Shown: positions 50,701 through 63,283, counted from the whole stretch's first letter. The stretch: 63,283 nucleotides of DNA, filler included, from Choristocarpus tenellus KU-1152 (GCA_964200185.2; 10 parts of 10 records of this genome joined end to end with filler, not necessarily neighbours in it), one strand, 5' to 3'. The notes: generated from the sequence alone by a model not told the origin. Translations and numbers: made by a program.

Positions 50701-53700
50701 TGTCATTTGGGGATACTCCATAATCACATGCCTACTTTGATAAATCTGGAGGCGTGCCTAATATTTTGGGTCTGTAAATCCTTCTCTGTGAACACAGTAT
50801 CTTCAACAGTTAGGTTTTCACACACTGTATTGACATATCAGGAAGCAATATATTTCACATGTCTTTACTGAAGTAAAAACACAATTTTTATCTGTGTTCA
50901 CCTCTTTCATACATTACTCAGGAGATACTTACACGCATAACAATATTTTGCAGATTATTTTGATGGGGGAGAAAGACCACCCTTAAACTAAATTTGAGTC
51001 GTTTCTGGATCTCCGTTTTGGGGTTCCACTCCGGTTGTGCTTAACAGATTGCTGACATTGACATGCCCAACAGAGTTTGCTCTTCATGAGGAACCTGTTG
51101 ATGTTCACACCCCACATTGATTCGTGTTGTGGAAAGTTACTATTGATGGTGTCTACGAATGGTCACGGTTAGTAAGGTATTTTACATGCCAATCTAAACA
51201 CATCATAGCTTTTGTTCCTAATTGTGTTAAACCCATGGTATGTATGCTGAGGTGTAACACCACTTCATGTAAAGGTTGTAGATCTATTTCATAGATAAGA
51301 TACCTGCTCTCCTATGCAAATGCTTTCTTCGTAGTGCATCGGGGAACCACTGTAATATTTTTTCACCTTTAACTCTCATTTTCAAAATCCCAACCCAAAC
51401 CTATGTATGAAAAATAACCCTCACAGTCAAGGACACAATAAGGGAGAGATAACACACTACTGTGGTGCAAGAAGGAGCGCAGTCGAATGAGGAACAAGTA
51501 CACCCTGAGGGATCCATCACTGTCCTCTTTGTTCACTTTTTCCCTCATATTTTCGAAAACCAAATCCTGACACTAACCTGTGTGTGACAAACAAAACTAC
51601 TTCGCTTGTAAAACGTAGTGAAAAAAGGGATGGCAGAGTTCTCTAAGATAGTGGTTCACCATTACATTGTTCGTTTCACAGTAGAAAGAAGTGCTTGCCG
51701 TGTAAAGTAGAACTAGAACAAATTGGAAAGTGTGTATGAACAGAAGAGTGACAGGAGAGAAGACATGGGCGCAACTTGTGTGTCTCATGTGTATGTCTTG
51801 CTCCAGAGTCACTGTCAATTGGAACGAAATCTGCTTCTGGTGAGGGGGATGATGGATGCATAGACTCTACTATATAAAATATTCTGACCCAATCATGACT
51901 CAGTATCTGTTGTACGTCGCATGCCAGTGAGTCCTGTGATTGTTGGACAGGTCCTTGTTGGATTCTGTGAACTGCTTGAATATAATGGGATGACATCTCT
52001 TTCAACACACTTGAATATGCAAAGTACCTTACACTTTCTATTGGGATACCCCATCTCGTCCAACCAGTAGATACTACCATATGACTGGATGCACGTATCG
52101 TTTCTCTATTCCATCACTGATTCCGTTGATGGTTATTGTAGACATTTGTGGCACTCACTACGAACATCAGTCAGCCAAACACCATGAAGTGTCCTGTTTC
52201 ACTGCCTGATTGCATGAGACCGATAGTACAAGCACCTCTTAGTCTCATGAATTATCACTTGCTTTGTTTTACTGCTGACATGTGCGAGTTCTATTTTCGC
52301 CTTAAAATCTTGATCACTTCCTTCTCTAGTGGTCAGGAATGTCCATCATGTAATAGGCATAGTAACTACTAGACTACAAACAGCCACACTGTGGCAGTGT
52401 ATGCTGAGGCTCATAACCTGTTAGAAATATGTGTTGAAGCCTTGACCAAAGTGGAAATGTCCTGGTTGGTAGAATATGATGCTGCAAATCTGCTAATTAT
52501 CTCTTCACACACATGTTGTATAACAACCACTTGTCTCACAATGTCTGATGTGTGGTAGGGGAGACCTGGTGAAAAGTCTGGGATCACACGAGATTCGTGA
52601 GCACGTCAAAGATAATTGCCCACCTGCAGTCCTATCTGAATTGTCTGTTTCCAGTGTTCATATGAATCCACAAATGTACATTTTCCCTGATGAGGTGACA
52701 CCCTGGAAGATTGTAGCAATGGACAACTCTCAAGTCGAGCACTTGTTGCACATTTGGTTGTAATGGTACAAGTTTGCCTGGATCCTTCAGTCTTTGTACC
52801 CTGATTCGAGTGAAAAAAACATGAAGCAAGTTCTATCTTCTCAATTATTATCGTACCATTCTGACTATGCAACGAAAAGAAGCACACCGCTACACACACT
52901 CAAGACAAAACAAAGATGAACGTCATCGTGGATGAGAGCATGACGTTTGTCGCTCTCTAAACCAGTCCCTCTACAAAACTCTCACTATAATCTTGTTGTC
53001 AATGGTTGTATTGTCGTTTGGTTTATGGTGGAGAAAGGTGCAGAATGAAACTCAAATGACCCTTTCCTTTCATTTCAAAACCCCACATGTTGTTCGAGCT
53101 TATTGGTGTGTTTCTTACGTCACTGTAAGATGTGTAAGCCCAGACCAAACTGAAATTGGGTTCTTCCTTCCACCCTGGGAAATTAATGGTAACTTGACTG
53201 GAACTGTGTAAGTAGGACTGTTGTGGGTGGCAGACATTGGTCATGATCCACTTCTAGGTTGGGGAAGAGACTCAAGAGATCTTGACCATCTGTGAGGAGG
53301 GAACACTGAGCTTGGGGCGAAAGCCCAGCTCCTCTATGGGTATGCCAAAGTGCTGCAACTTCTGGTTTGCAGCACGAATGAGTCGAGCATGGGCTGTGAC
53401 CACCCTTGCAACCTCCTGCTCCAGGTCTGCAGCCACCTGCATAGACAGTAGACCAAACGTACTGTGATGTTGATTTGCGAGTTGAACATTCGTCCTGGAA
53501 GGTGTGGTGATATGAGATCAACCTCCAGTGGATTGGGTATTTGATAGACCCCTTTGATCAATGACTCACCAAACCCCTGCTGTGCTTTCCTTCAACTCTT
53601 TGAGTGCGTTTGTATTAGGTAGCGCAAGAAGAGCCTTCAACGCCCGGTCTACTACACCTACGCACCCCACCAACAGTTTGGAAGTATAAAACCAATTTCC

Positions 53701-55987
53701 AATACCCAACTGAGCACATTCCATTGTCTACGTAGACAATAGAGTGCATTGCACAGGGGAAGAGAGATGACTTAGTATGCAAAAAGGTCCTAAACCTGCC
53801 TACGTCTCAATTGGCTGGACTCTTTTCAAGGGGAAGCAAGGGAAGAAATCGACAAAACGACAGTGATTCATCGATGAAGCCAAGGAATGCTTCAAAGAGG
53901 TAAGTTAATCGAAAGAACAAGCACTCCATGATGCCACTATTTGTATTTTGCAGTTGCTTTATTGACGGAGCTCTATGTATATGTGTGCTTTATAAGAATT
54001 TCCTCAGAAGTGCATATTGAGATGTCCTATGCATCTGACAGTCTGTTGCGGTGCTATGTTGACTTTCACTTGGACATAGTCAAACAAGATAGAGCCATTA
54101 TTGGGTTGGTGAGGATGCACAGCAAACACATCCTATTGGCTATGGAACATACATAACCCATTCTATAAATATGTTGCCTTTCGTATCATATACCATCCTT
54201 CTCCCTCCATTTATTTATTTTTCTCAGAGTATTTGATATCAATGTAGAGGGTTTGCACTTCATTCGTCAAGATTTTGGGACAAACCTCCTTTGCTCAGAC
54301 ATTCGGTTGTGACAAACCACTTCACACAACGTGTCACAACAGACACACGGCACCAAGATATATGCAACTACAGCTGACCTGGTTCTTGTTTTCAAGAATG
54401 TTCTCAACCTTGCCCTTGATCCGGGTGGAGGCCAAGGTGCCCAGGTTTGCCCGAGAGAGCACCTGTGAATGAGGCCACGAGGAAAGGACAAAGCTTAGTC
54501 TTTGAAATGGAGTGGACTGTGGGTTGGTAGGTGGCATGGTGGTTGGAAGGAAAATCCTGTAGTTGAGAACAGTATAAGTGAAAATTCAATAAGTAAACTA
54601 CTCCCTCAACCCCTTGGTTTTCTAGTCAGGAAAACATGGATTTCCTTTATGGTTGGTGAGTCTTCAAAGGAAACCCCTATTTGAAGCAGTGGTACTGTGC
54701 TCCCAAGTGCAAGGCACGCCAGTTGGTTGGCATGTGTCGTGACTATGATTTCTATCCCTGAGCTAAAGCATCTTAGAGGGTAGAGCCGCGTCCATTTCAG
54801 GGTCAAAATCTAATGTTGCGATTTTGATGTAATTTTGGCTATCGTGTTTGTTAGGAAGTCCCAATATCTATGTTTTGGACATATATTTTCATAACACATA
54901 CATTTTACCTACTCCTAAACATTTTTGGAGTNNNNNNNNNNNNNNNNNNNNNNNNNNNNNNNNNNNNNNNNNNNNTTAATTAATTAANNNNNNNNNNNNN
55001 NNNNNNNNNNNNNNNNNNNNNNNNNNNNNNNTGGTGGCAAGAAGAGGCTCTGGGGGTTGCCCCCCCCCCCCCCCCCCCCAGATACTTTGGGTCAAGGATA
55101 GAAGAGCTAGAAAAATTTGCACTTGAGTGACATCCTTTGTTTCTGTGATATGCTTGCTGTGTGCGCTTAATTGATACTGCTACTGCTGCCAGGGCAGTAA
55201 TTGGGATTGAATGCCCAAAGGTTATGGTTTTAGAGGAAATGTTGGATGTGAAAACAGTATGCTCGACAAGTGATCATCCAAGCGGCAATATGACAAAAAA
55301 TAGAGATGCAATAAATATACTGAAGGATGAAAGGGACAGTTACGATGCTGTCGCTTTGGCAACCAAAATTACTCCCCCCCATTCGGTCCTCCTTGTTCAA
55401 CATATTTCTCCCTCCTAAGACTCCTAGCTCCATGACCTCCATCTCCAGCTTTTACATAAATCTTCACCTTATCTATAAATTCCATAATCCAAGCAGTATG
55501 TTTGTACCAAGACAGATAATCTATTATAAAAAAAAGTTGTCATGTAGAGTATTAAAATAAAATAGGCATTACTTCGTGCCCAAAATTCTGAATGAAAACT
55601 AGAAACACCTACCATAATCAAATCACCAGACAGTTATACAAAAGACTGAACAGCTTTGAGTATATAGTGGTAACAGCTACAGGAAGCAAGGGGGCAGGGG
55701 GAGAGGGAAAGGTGGAGGGAGGACGTTGGTTACGGAACCAATGGATAGATGTTTCATCAAGTAAATATTTCATGACCCTGCCTGCTTGAACTAAGGGATA
55801 CACAAAAAATAAATGTTGAGAAGAGAACCCTGTTGAACAAAGGCGGGAAAAAATTCTGGAACTTACAAGAAGTGGCAAGTGTTTCCTGAGGTACTCCACT
55901 CGTATTCGATAAAACTATAATGCACCGCTCTTTCTTCAACAAACAAAACACTCTCTCAACTCAACTTTCCAATCTATTTCTTCCTAT

Positions 55988-57160
55988 TTAGAGTTTACGA
56001 AGTAATACCGGAACTGCTTCCAAACATTCAGGCAATGGTATGGGCAGCACTGGCATCCTCTGAGCCGACCATACCCGCCCGCTTGTGCCAACGATGACAA
56101 TGACGACAGTACAGGGTAACCCAATCTCAACAATGTAACAAGTCAGCCACTTAGAGCGGGGGGCACAAAAGAGACAGATTGTTCTTTTTGCTCTGGGCTG
56201 GGCGTTTCTCTCTACTCCAGGTGTGCGCAAAGGTGCCGAAACAGTAAGAAGGCCAAAGAGGCTGGCATCAGGGCAATAGAAAATATCAGCAACCAGGAGG
56301 ATTGGCTAGCAATAAAAACTCAATGCTTGCCTTTCGTCCGTCCAAGGAAAGCTTGGTGATAAAGGGCTCGATTTTTTTGTAGTAAATTTGCTTCTTATCG
56401 ACGGCCAACGCCACCAGTAGCACGTGCAGACCCTCTTCCGTACCCGGGATGAACACACTGCCCTCTTGAAGATCGCGACTAAGGGCGTCCAAGCTCCAGA
56501 AAAGCTCGACAATTAGATGCAGGCGCTTGACCTCAGAGAGGGCTTGTACCGCCACCTCAAAAGGGTCTGGTCCCTCGGACGCTTCACAAGCAGCAATATA
56601 CCTAACGATCTGGAACAGGTGTATGTGTGGAAGGGGTGAGTGGTAGTGGATTAGAAGGAGGGAGATGATTGGTGAGTGATTTCATCAACCAAGGAAAGAG
56701 ACTGGTGCAAATTGGGTGCAGAACATGAATGCTGAGCTCTCGACCATGTTGCAAACAACAGCATTGGTTCTTCAAAAAATGAATCCGAGTAAGCTATGAG
56801 TCAGTCGAGCGGCATGCGGAGTTGATCTGGGGAGGTAGGGGGCTGACGAAGGGGGCATGGACACAGCGTCACGACGCTCACCCCAGAATCGAGTTTCCTT
56901 CTGTCAAGAGCAGTATCGATCATTCGTGATACAGCGTCATTGAGATTTAACATGCCATCGGAATGGGGCAAACTCTGTGGTCCATTATCCATCTCCTCAT
57001 TTGGGCTGCCACTAGGTTGCGATGCTAGTCGCCTTACGTCCACCACATCTTTCTGTGTCAAGAGTGCCGCCAACTCGCGAACTTCCTGGTGAGTGCACCA
57101 TCTGCGCGGTCTCGATCTCTTGATCCCGGCCACGCATGCCCTTGTGGCAGACAGAATCAT
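55988..57160 (-). CDS. Hypothetical protein, possibly mitochondrion-targeted (2-3 exons)
   Basis: Exon 1 57160-56882 (MILSATRACVAGIKRSRPRRWC, an R/S/A-rich presequence-like start; donor GGG|gtgagc). Exon 2 56609-56331 (ttccag|ATC). Then either a GC donor AAG|gcaagc spliced to exon 56059-55988, or read-through to the stop at 56286. Confidence 0.6.
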
Positions 57161-57488
57161 TGTCCGGTTTGCAGAGAGGTTTGACCTAAGCAAAGTACCA
57201 CTCTACCATCCAGAATATCAAGAAGTTGTGTTAAAGGATCGGTTTGTATTATTTCGAAGGCGGCATTGTGACTGTCTTTTTTTTAAATATGTTGGTACAA
57301 CAGACACAATACAGTGGTGTACTCTTCAACAGGCACACTGACCTAACACTCAATGGACAGTATAAAACCGTTGTGGTTTAGGAGGGGGCGTCGTGAAGGG
57401 ACTAGGTTGAGTCGTCGCAGATTCCCCACTATATCTTCGCCTCTGGGGGGGAGAACGTAAACGTAAAAACAGTGATAGTTGTGAAAAT

Positions 57489-59447
57489 ATGGCAGGTGTT
57501 GAAGGGGACACCTGCCCTGGGATGATGAAGAGGCGATGCGGAGGAGATGGAAAGTATATCAAGGACCCTTGCGTCTCCAAATCTTCCACCTCCTCCCCTT
57601 CCTCTTCTTCTATCTCTAGTGTTGACATCGGCTCCATCCTGAAACTTCCTGTGGGGATAGGGGCGTCCTCCATACCCTACCTTGTTGTAAAACGAAAGGG
57701 GGCTGGCATTTCAAGCGTTGTCTTTGAATGCCGGTGCCAAGCCGATACAGGAATGTCTGAGCACGAAGTCGTGACGGTGAAGGTGAGGTATTGAGCTAGT
57801 TTTGTGGATATAATTTCCAAATAAGATATCCACCAGTGGAATGGCGTTTATCGCTTGGCTCACAGGGCTAACAGATTGCTGCTATCTATCTACTGGTCCA
57901 ACAACTCATTTTTCTCTCCATCAAACAATGCATGGTCATCTTGACTTTCTCTGATGACAACACCATACATTGGATGCGTAGTCTGTCATTTCCACAGATG
58001 GTACCAACCAGTGGGATGGCGTTGATCGCTGGGCTAACAAGGCTGACGTATTGCTTCCACAAATCTTTCACTCCAACCAATCCCTGTGCTCTCCATCAAA
58101 CAATGCGCAAACATCTTGACTTTCCCTGACGATAACACGGATATTGGATGCATAGTCGGTGTCTATGAAGCAGAACTTTGTCCCCTCCTTCCACCCTCTT
58201 ATACTTATCCTGTACCCATCCTGCGAAAGGTCATGTCTGGGGGGAATTTAGGGCTGAAGACCTGCCTTCAAGAGGTAGAAACATTGTCCTTCCTCAAACT
58301 CAAGCGGGAAGAGGCTGGCCTGGGTCATGGGGAGGCCCATTTCGTGGAGATGATCTCATGGTTCTACCGCCACTCTGCCCTGGGATCCATCGACAATGTC
58401 TGCTTGGTCTTTGCAGGTGGAGGCGTATCGCTGCTAGAGATCATGAGGGAGAAGTCGGAGACTGAACAGTCGTGGGGCCTACGAGAGACGCTCTCAGTTG
58501 CAAAGGGATTGCTAGGGGTGAGAAGCCAACAAGGAGTTCAGTGTTCTTTACCCTTGGCTTGTTTACCTCTTGCAGCGGTGCAGTACAAGTCTCATCCTCG
58601 AACTTCCTTTTCTTCATTTTAGCAATCACATACAGAAAAACGAACACATAAGTCTTCTCTTCCTCTGCATGTACTACATCTAATCCGCACAGATGGTTCA
58701 ATAATTTAGGTCAGTGCTCCAACCCTACCTACAAGATTCAACTCACATCAACCCCACAAACACATCTATCCCCCCCTTCTCCCTCAACACTTGTCCAATC
58801 ACCAACCAACTCTCTATCAAGATTTTCTAGGTTATAGGCAGCCCCACTGTGCTTACACTCCTCCTCCCTTGCCTTCCTGCCTCTTCCCTATCCAGGGCAT
58901 CTCCTTTGTTCACTCCATGGGCCTCATCCATGCTGACATCAAGCCTGAGAACATTGCTATCTACCCCAAGACCTCTTCCACAACGCAACCCAATGTGCCC
59001 TCGCTCCAGACAACACAGCACTCATTAGCATCACCCATGTCAAACCCGCCGTCATCCTTAGTCCGCCTTATTGATTTTGGCAACGCAGTGTTCAGTTCTG
59101 ATGCCCAGCCTGGGGTAACTGCCGGAACACCTTCCTATCTCTCCCCTGAGGCAAGGCTCGGCCACGCATGGGGGCCGGGTGTAGACACCTGGGCAGTTGG
59201 ATGTGTCCTTTATGAGCTCATCACAGGAGAAAGGTTTGGCAGTGCCCAGGACGGGGCTAAGGGGGTGACGTGGTGCAGGGGTGGCTCAGTGGGGTTGAGG
59301 ATGTGCTCGTGTGGCGTGGATGCATGGTGCAGAGCACACGGATTGGGGAATCCAGGACTAATGAGACTGGTTGGACGACTGCTTCAGGAAGATCCGAGAG
59401 TGCGTTCCTCAGCAAAGGAAGCATTGCAAGATCCATGTTTGCTTTAG
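57489..59447 (+). CDS. Ser/Thr protein kinase, CMGC (DYRK/PRP4/CLK-like), 3 exons, ~377 aa
   Basis: Exons 57489-57782, 58230-58517 and 58896-59447. Motifs GAGISSVV, VTVK, HADIKPENI, LIDFG, GTPSYLSPE, DTWAVGCVLYELITG, DPRVRSSAKEAL. Confidence 0.9.
57833..58157. repeat. Diverged tandem duplication (~175-bp period) in kinase intron 1
   Basis: ccagtggaatggcgtt...ctctccatcaaacaatgc...catcttgacttt...attggatgcgtagtc is repeated at 57833 and 58008. Confidence 0.8.
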
Positions 59448-62400
59448 TGGATAAGAGTGTGTGTGGGCTTGTTTTTCGTTATGACAGTGGTAACAACATT
59501 TGTAGTAGTGGCCATCGCTATCGTTAGTGGAAGCAGCACAGCAGGCGGTTTTTTCCCTGAATGAAAGTTTGTGCAGGCTGGGAAGAGGTGTGTCGTGCAG
59601 TTCGAAGTTGTTTTTCTCCTGAGACCCCCCCCCCCCCCGATAGATGGTAGTCAGTAGGGTTATACATATGCCTCCTGGCGAGTCTATATACTGAGGGAAT
59701 GGTCTTGGAAAAAACACCGGGAGGGAAAGAGCAAACTGCTGAGCTTGACCATAGTCCAACGTTGTGAAATGATGTTACTGTTCATCTATTGTGAATATTG
59801 AGATTCAATCTACTCTTTTTTTTTGCGGCTGTTGGTTTTGCTAGGCTAGGTTCTGTGTCACTGGGTATATGCCGAAACAAGTAGATGTATGTGTGGAGGC
59901 GTTCCTGAAATTAGGGATGCTCGCGTAGAAGATACCATGGTGGTTGGCACCACCGAGAAGAACATATGTGTGCATGCGATCTAGTCTGTACTGGTTCTTG
60001 ACCTGAAGTGTAATGTAATGCTTAGGTAGTGGGGGGGGNNNNNNNNNNNNNNNNNNNNNNNNNNNNNNNNNNNNNNNNNNNNTTAATTAATTAANNNNNN
60101 NNNNNNNNNNNNNNNNNNNNNNNNNNNNNNNNNNNNNNCCAAAATTTTCCACCGCAAAGGTGTTGAGGTTATCACTACGAGGATCAAAGGAGCCCTCGTA
60201 GTGGGTGCGCTTTCGCGCCTCAGCTGCAGCTGCAGCTACACCATCGTACCATATTGTATAAATAACTTCATGGTCCTACAATAACGAACTTCGTTACTAC
60301 TTCCATCCTCTTGTACTTATCACACCTACACCACTACTACTTTGTACTTCCTCTCTTACCACCTTCATACTTACTATGTATTTGTTTCAGCCATTCCACA
60401 CACATGTTGCTTTCACCTCTCTTCGTTCGTTGTGGAGGACTATTTTGGGGGTGTCTCCGAATTTGGGATCTGCAATCTCTTCTAGGGTTTTACGTTATTT
60501 CCCTTGATTCTTCTCTCTCCTGTATTTAAATAACAACAGATGATGGTGGTGGATATGTCAATATAATAATACTTAATACGTAGTAGTGGTGATATTGGTA
60601 AGTTATGGTTTTCGCAACGCGGAGTTTAGATTATCCGAGAACATTTTATTCCCTCTTAAAAGAACCCTAGTTAATACGATAGGAGTTACAACTCACAAAT
60701 GGGTATGTCAAATAAAACAGTACCTGTGTCTATTAATTCACCACTCACATTTATCGAACTGTTCATGTACGAAAACACTACTTTACGAACCTGTTCGTCT
60801 TGTCGTGAAGAAAACTCAATCAGACAATCACAATCCAACACGTCCACTCATCATGTTCTACTCACTGTTCTACGTTTCGAGTCGGAATTCATTCGAAATT
60901 ACAAAAAAACAAAAACAAAAAAGTTCTACGAAATATCTTTTATAGCACATTCAAGTTTGTAGTATCTACTATAAAAATAAGTTGCCTACCATCTCAAATA
61001 ATCCTGCTTCCTCTCTTTCCCTTTATGCTGTTTGGCAAGGTTCACTCCCCCCCACAAGGCACGCTCCACCATGGAACAAGCAAACAAAAATCTCACTGTG
61101 GACATCAGAGAAGATAATGGAGGTAGCAGACTCACTCAGCTGGAGCCACGGACTTCTTGAAAGAGGGTGCGAAAGTGAATCTCTTCACCTGGAATCATAC
61201 CAACAAGTATAGTCACAGATGCCCACAAGTTCAATGGGGTTGGGTCTATCCTCTCTATGAAATATTGCCAGCATACAGCCTTTGCAGGATCACTGGTGAC
61301 CACTCTCCCTACCCTTTTAACAAGACCATAAGGGTCTCATGGAGAGATTTGCTCAAAATCCATCTGTATGAGTCATAGAGTTAGGGCTCTGGGATCATCC
61401 ATCCACACCATCCTCTTCACAGGAGTCCCTTCAGAAGACTTGGCAGGAATTATTGGCCAAGATTGGGTAGCCTAAGGGGGATGAGGCTCGTAGAATTCTA
61501 AATGGAAATATCATCGAATATGCTGAATCTCTCGCTTCTATTATTATTCAACTTAATTGGTTAGATTGGGATATACAGAAAGGACTTACATGATTAGTAA
61601 GGGAATTGTATGTTCTTCCCATGACTAAAATATCAATAAATACTCAAGAGGAACAATATACATATATATATTATATATAGGACTTCCACGTCATAGTGGC
61701 GTTAATTAACGGTCAATATTAAGACTTACCGCCTGGAACAATATTTATGGTAGTAAGCATAATAATATATAATTTGGTATATAATATGTAGTAAAATAGT
61801 AAATAGATAAATCTTTTCATATTTGTGACAACTGTTACTTTTCTAGGGGTTCTTCTGACATGTTAATGCTTTCATCGGTTTTTCCCCCGACATATCTCCA
61901 AAATGTCGGAAGGCAAAATAATATGCATACATGAACACAGGAGGGCATAATAATAAAAATATGCATACATGAACACTATATTATTGATGTTATTCGTGTT
62001 ATCCTCACATACAACAGTCCGTAGATATCCTGACCAGTGGTCAGAGGGATTGCACAACAGATCATGCCCTACTCCTCATACTCACTACTGACTAAGTGCT
62101 ATACAACGACTAATTGGTACTGGAAGAGTGTTTGGAAAGGAATGGACTTCAATACGTTGAGTTTGCAATAATTTTTTGACGAATCGGTATGATGATGCTA
62201 AAGGTTAAGGCGTATGAAAACTGCCCATTGTGATACCATTGGTATCACATTTGTCAAAACTCCTGTCAACTTTCACCAAACTCCAACTACTATTTGAAAT
62301 CGTACTTGGTCCTGTTACTCAGTACTATCTCTGCTGCCAGTATATCTAGAGCCTCTTTCGATAACTCTACATCTCCAATGTTGAAAACAAAGAGGTTGTA

Positions 62401-63178
62401 TGCCTGTTTGTCCATCAAATTGTTCATACGCAAGTTTGTAAGCCGCCTTGGAAGGGACACAATCTTATTCTTGGTAGTCTCCCACTCGTCGAAGATGGCC
62501 ATGAAGGGCCAACCTGCGAGCATTGTATGAGTGACGACCAGCGTGCCATCTGCAATCAGGGGCACACGGTGAAATATGAGAGATAGCATAGCCACTTCGT
62601 TCGGAAAGCTCATGCAGGTTCGCTCTCTCAAATGCATTTACAGCCGCAGTCTTGGTCTCAGGGGGGTGCTTTTCAACGCCAACCCATCTCAGACATGGTG
62701 TACAACGTCGTAAACGAGAAAGAGAGTGTTTGGGAGTTAGATAGGGCTAAGTGTCTTGTTGTGGGGTGGTAGTGCTGCGGTGAAATTCCTTTGCTGTGTT
62801 AGGAATCCTTTGCCCTCCATTTCAAATTTCGAACAAGAGCGTGAATAGACCTATTATGATAATATAATTGTAGGTTTATGGTAAAGAAAATCAAAATTTA
62901 ACCAAATCGCAAATGTTCATACCGATTTGAGCGTTCGTAATTAGGGTTATCGTCAAGAAAGGCGTTCGTAAGGCTTTCAGTTTCTCCCAAAAAGGCGATA
63001 TGCTAAGGAAAAGCGTCCAGCGCAAACACCCTACTCCTCTGTTCTTGCCTTCCTTCTTGTGGGTTGAGTTAAGCGCTTCCACCTCGTCACTTCATATCTC
63101 CCTCCAATTTTGTCCTGGCTGCTGGACACCCTGGCTGCTGGACGCACCATCTCCGTGCATGTGATGTTGCCGAGTTTC

Positions 63179-63283
63179 GAAACTGCGCTTGCCATTCAAG
63201 GACGAACACTGGACGGAAACCATAGAATAACGGTGCTGAAGAGAGAGTTTGATCCCGAACGCGCTTTCATGATGCGTGTCTAC
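63179..63283 (+). pseudogene. Second, partial copy of the ParB/Srx-like coding sequence
   Basis: ETALAIQGRTLDGNHRITVLKREFDPERAFMMRVY aligns without gaps to 17837-17941 (19 mismatches in 105 nt by my count). Upstream sequence is not homologous, and the copy runs off the window end. Confidence 0.8.

Noticed and set aside
60140-60300. Possible LTR end plus PBS (ttca|tggtcctac)
   Set aside because: No second LTR copy and no gag/pol downstream to support it.

Overview
Intron-rich, transposon-dense eukaryotic DNA. A stramenopile or brown-alga-like source is my impression only and is not established. The window is not contiguous: it is 10 contigs joined by 100-bp artificial linkers (N-run + TTAATTAATTAA + N-run), so adjacency across linkers has no meaning. 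Supported spliced genes are: a secreted Cys-rich/Asp-rich protein (-); a 10-exon gene with an MLKL/HeLo-like N-terminal four-helix bundle plus coiled coil (+); the 5' part of DDI1 (+); a putative organelle-targeted protein with a possible GC-AG intron (-) lying head-to-head with a CMGC-like kinase (+). A ParB/sulfiredoxin-like ORF occurs twice on different contigs. Repeats include Gypsy pieces (one complete 441-bp LTR with a tRNA-Gln-type PBS), Copia remnants, two abundant MITE families sharing termini and 3-bp TSDs (13 and 8 copies or fragments), a third hairpin-ended TIR family, long foldback inverted repeats, and a ~200-bp hairpin-bearing tandem array. The best leads are the multicopy ParB/Srx ORF in a repeat-rich, transposon-like context and the kinase-less MLKL-like gene whose introns are all phase 0. 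All gene models and alignments were made by eye.
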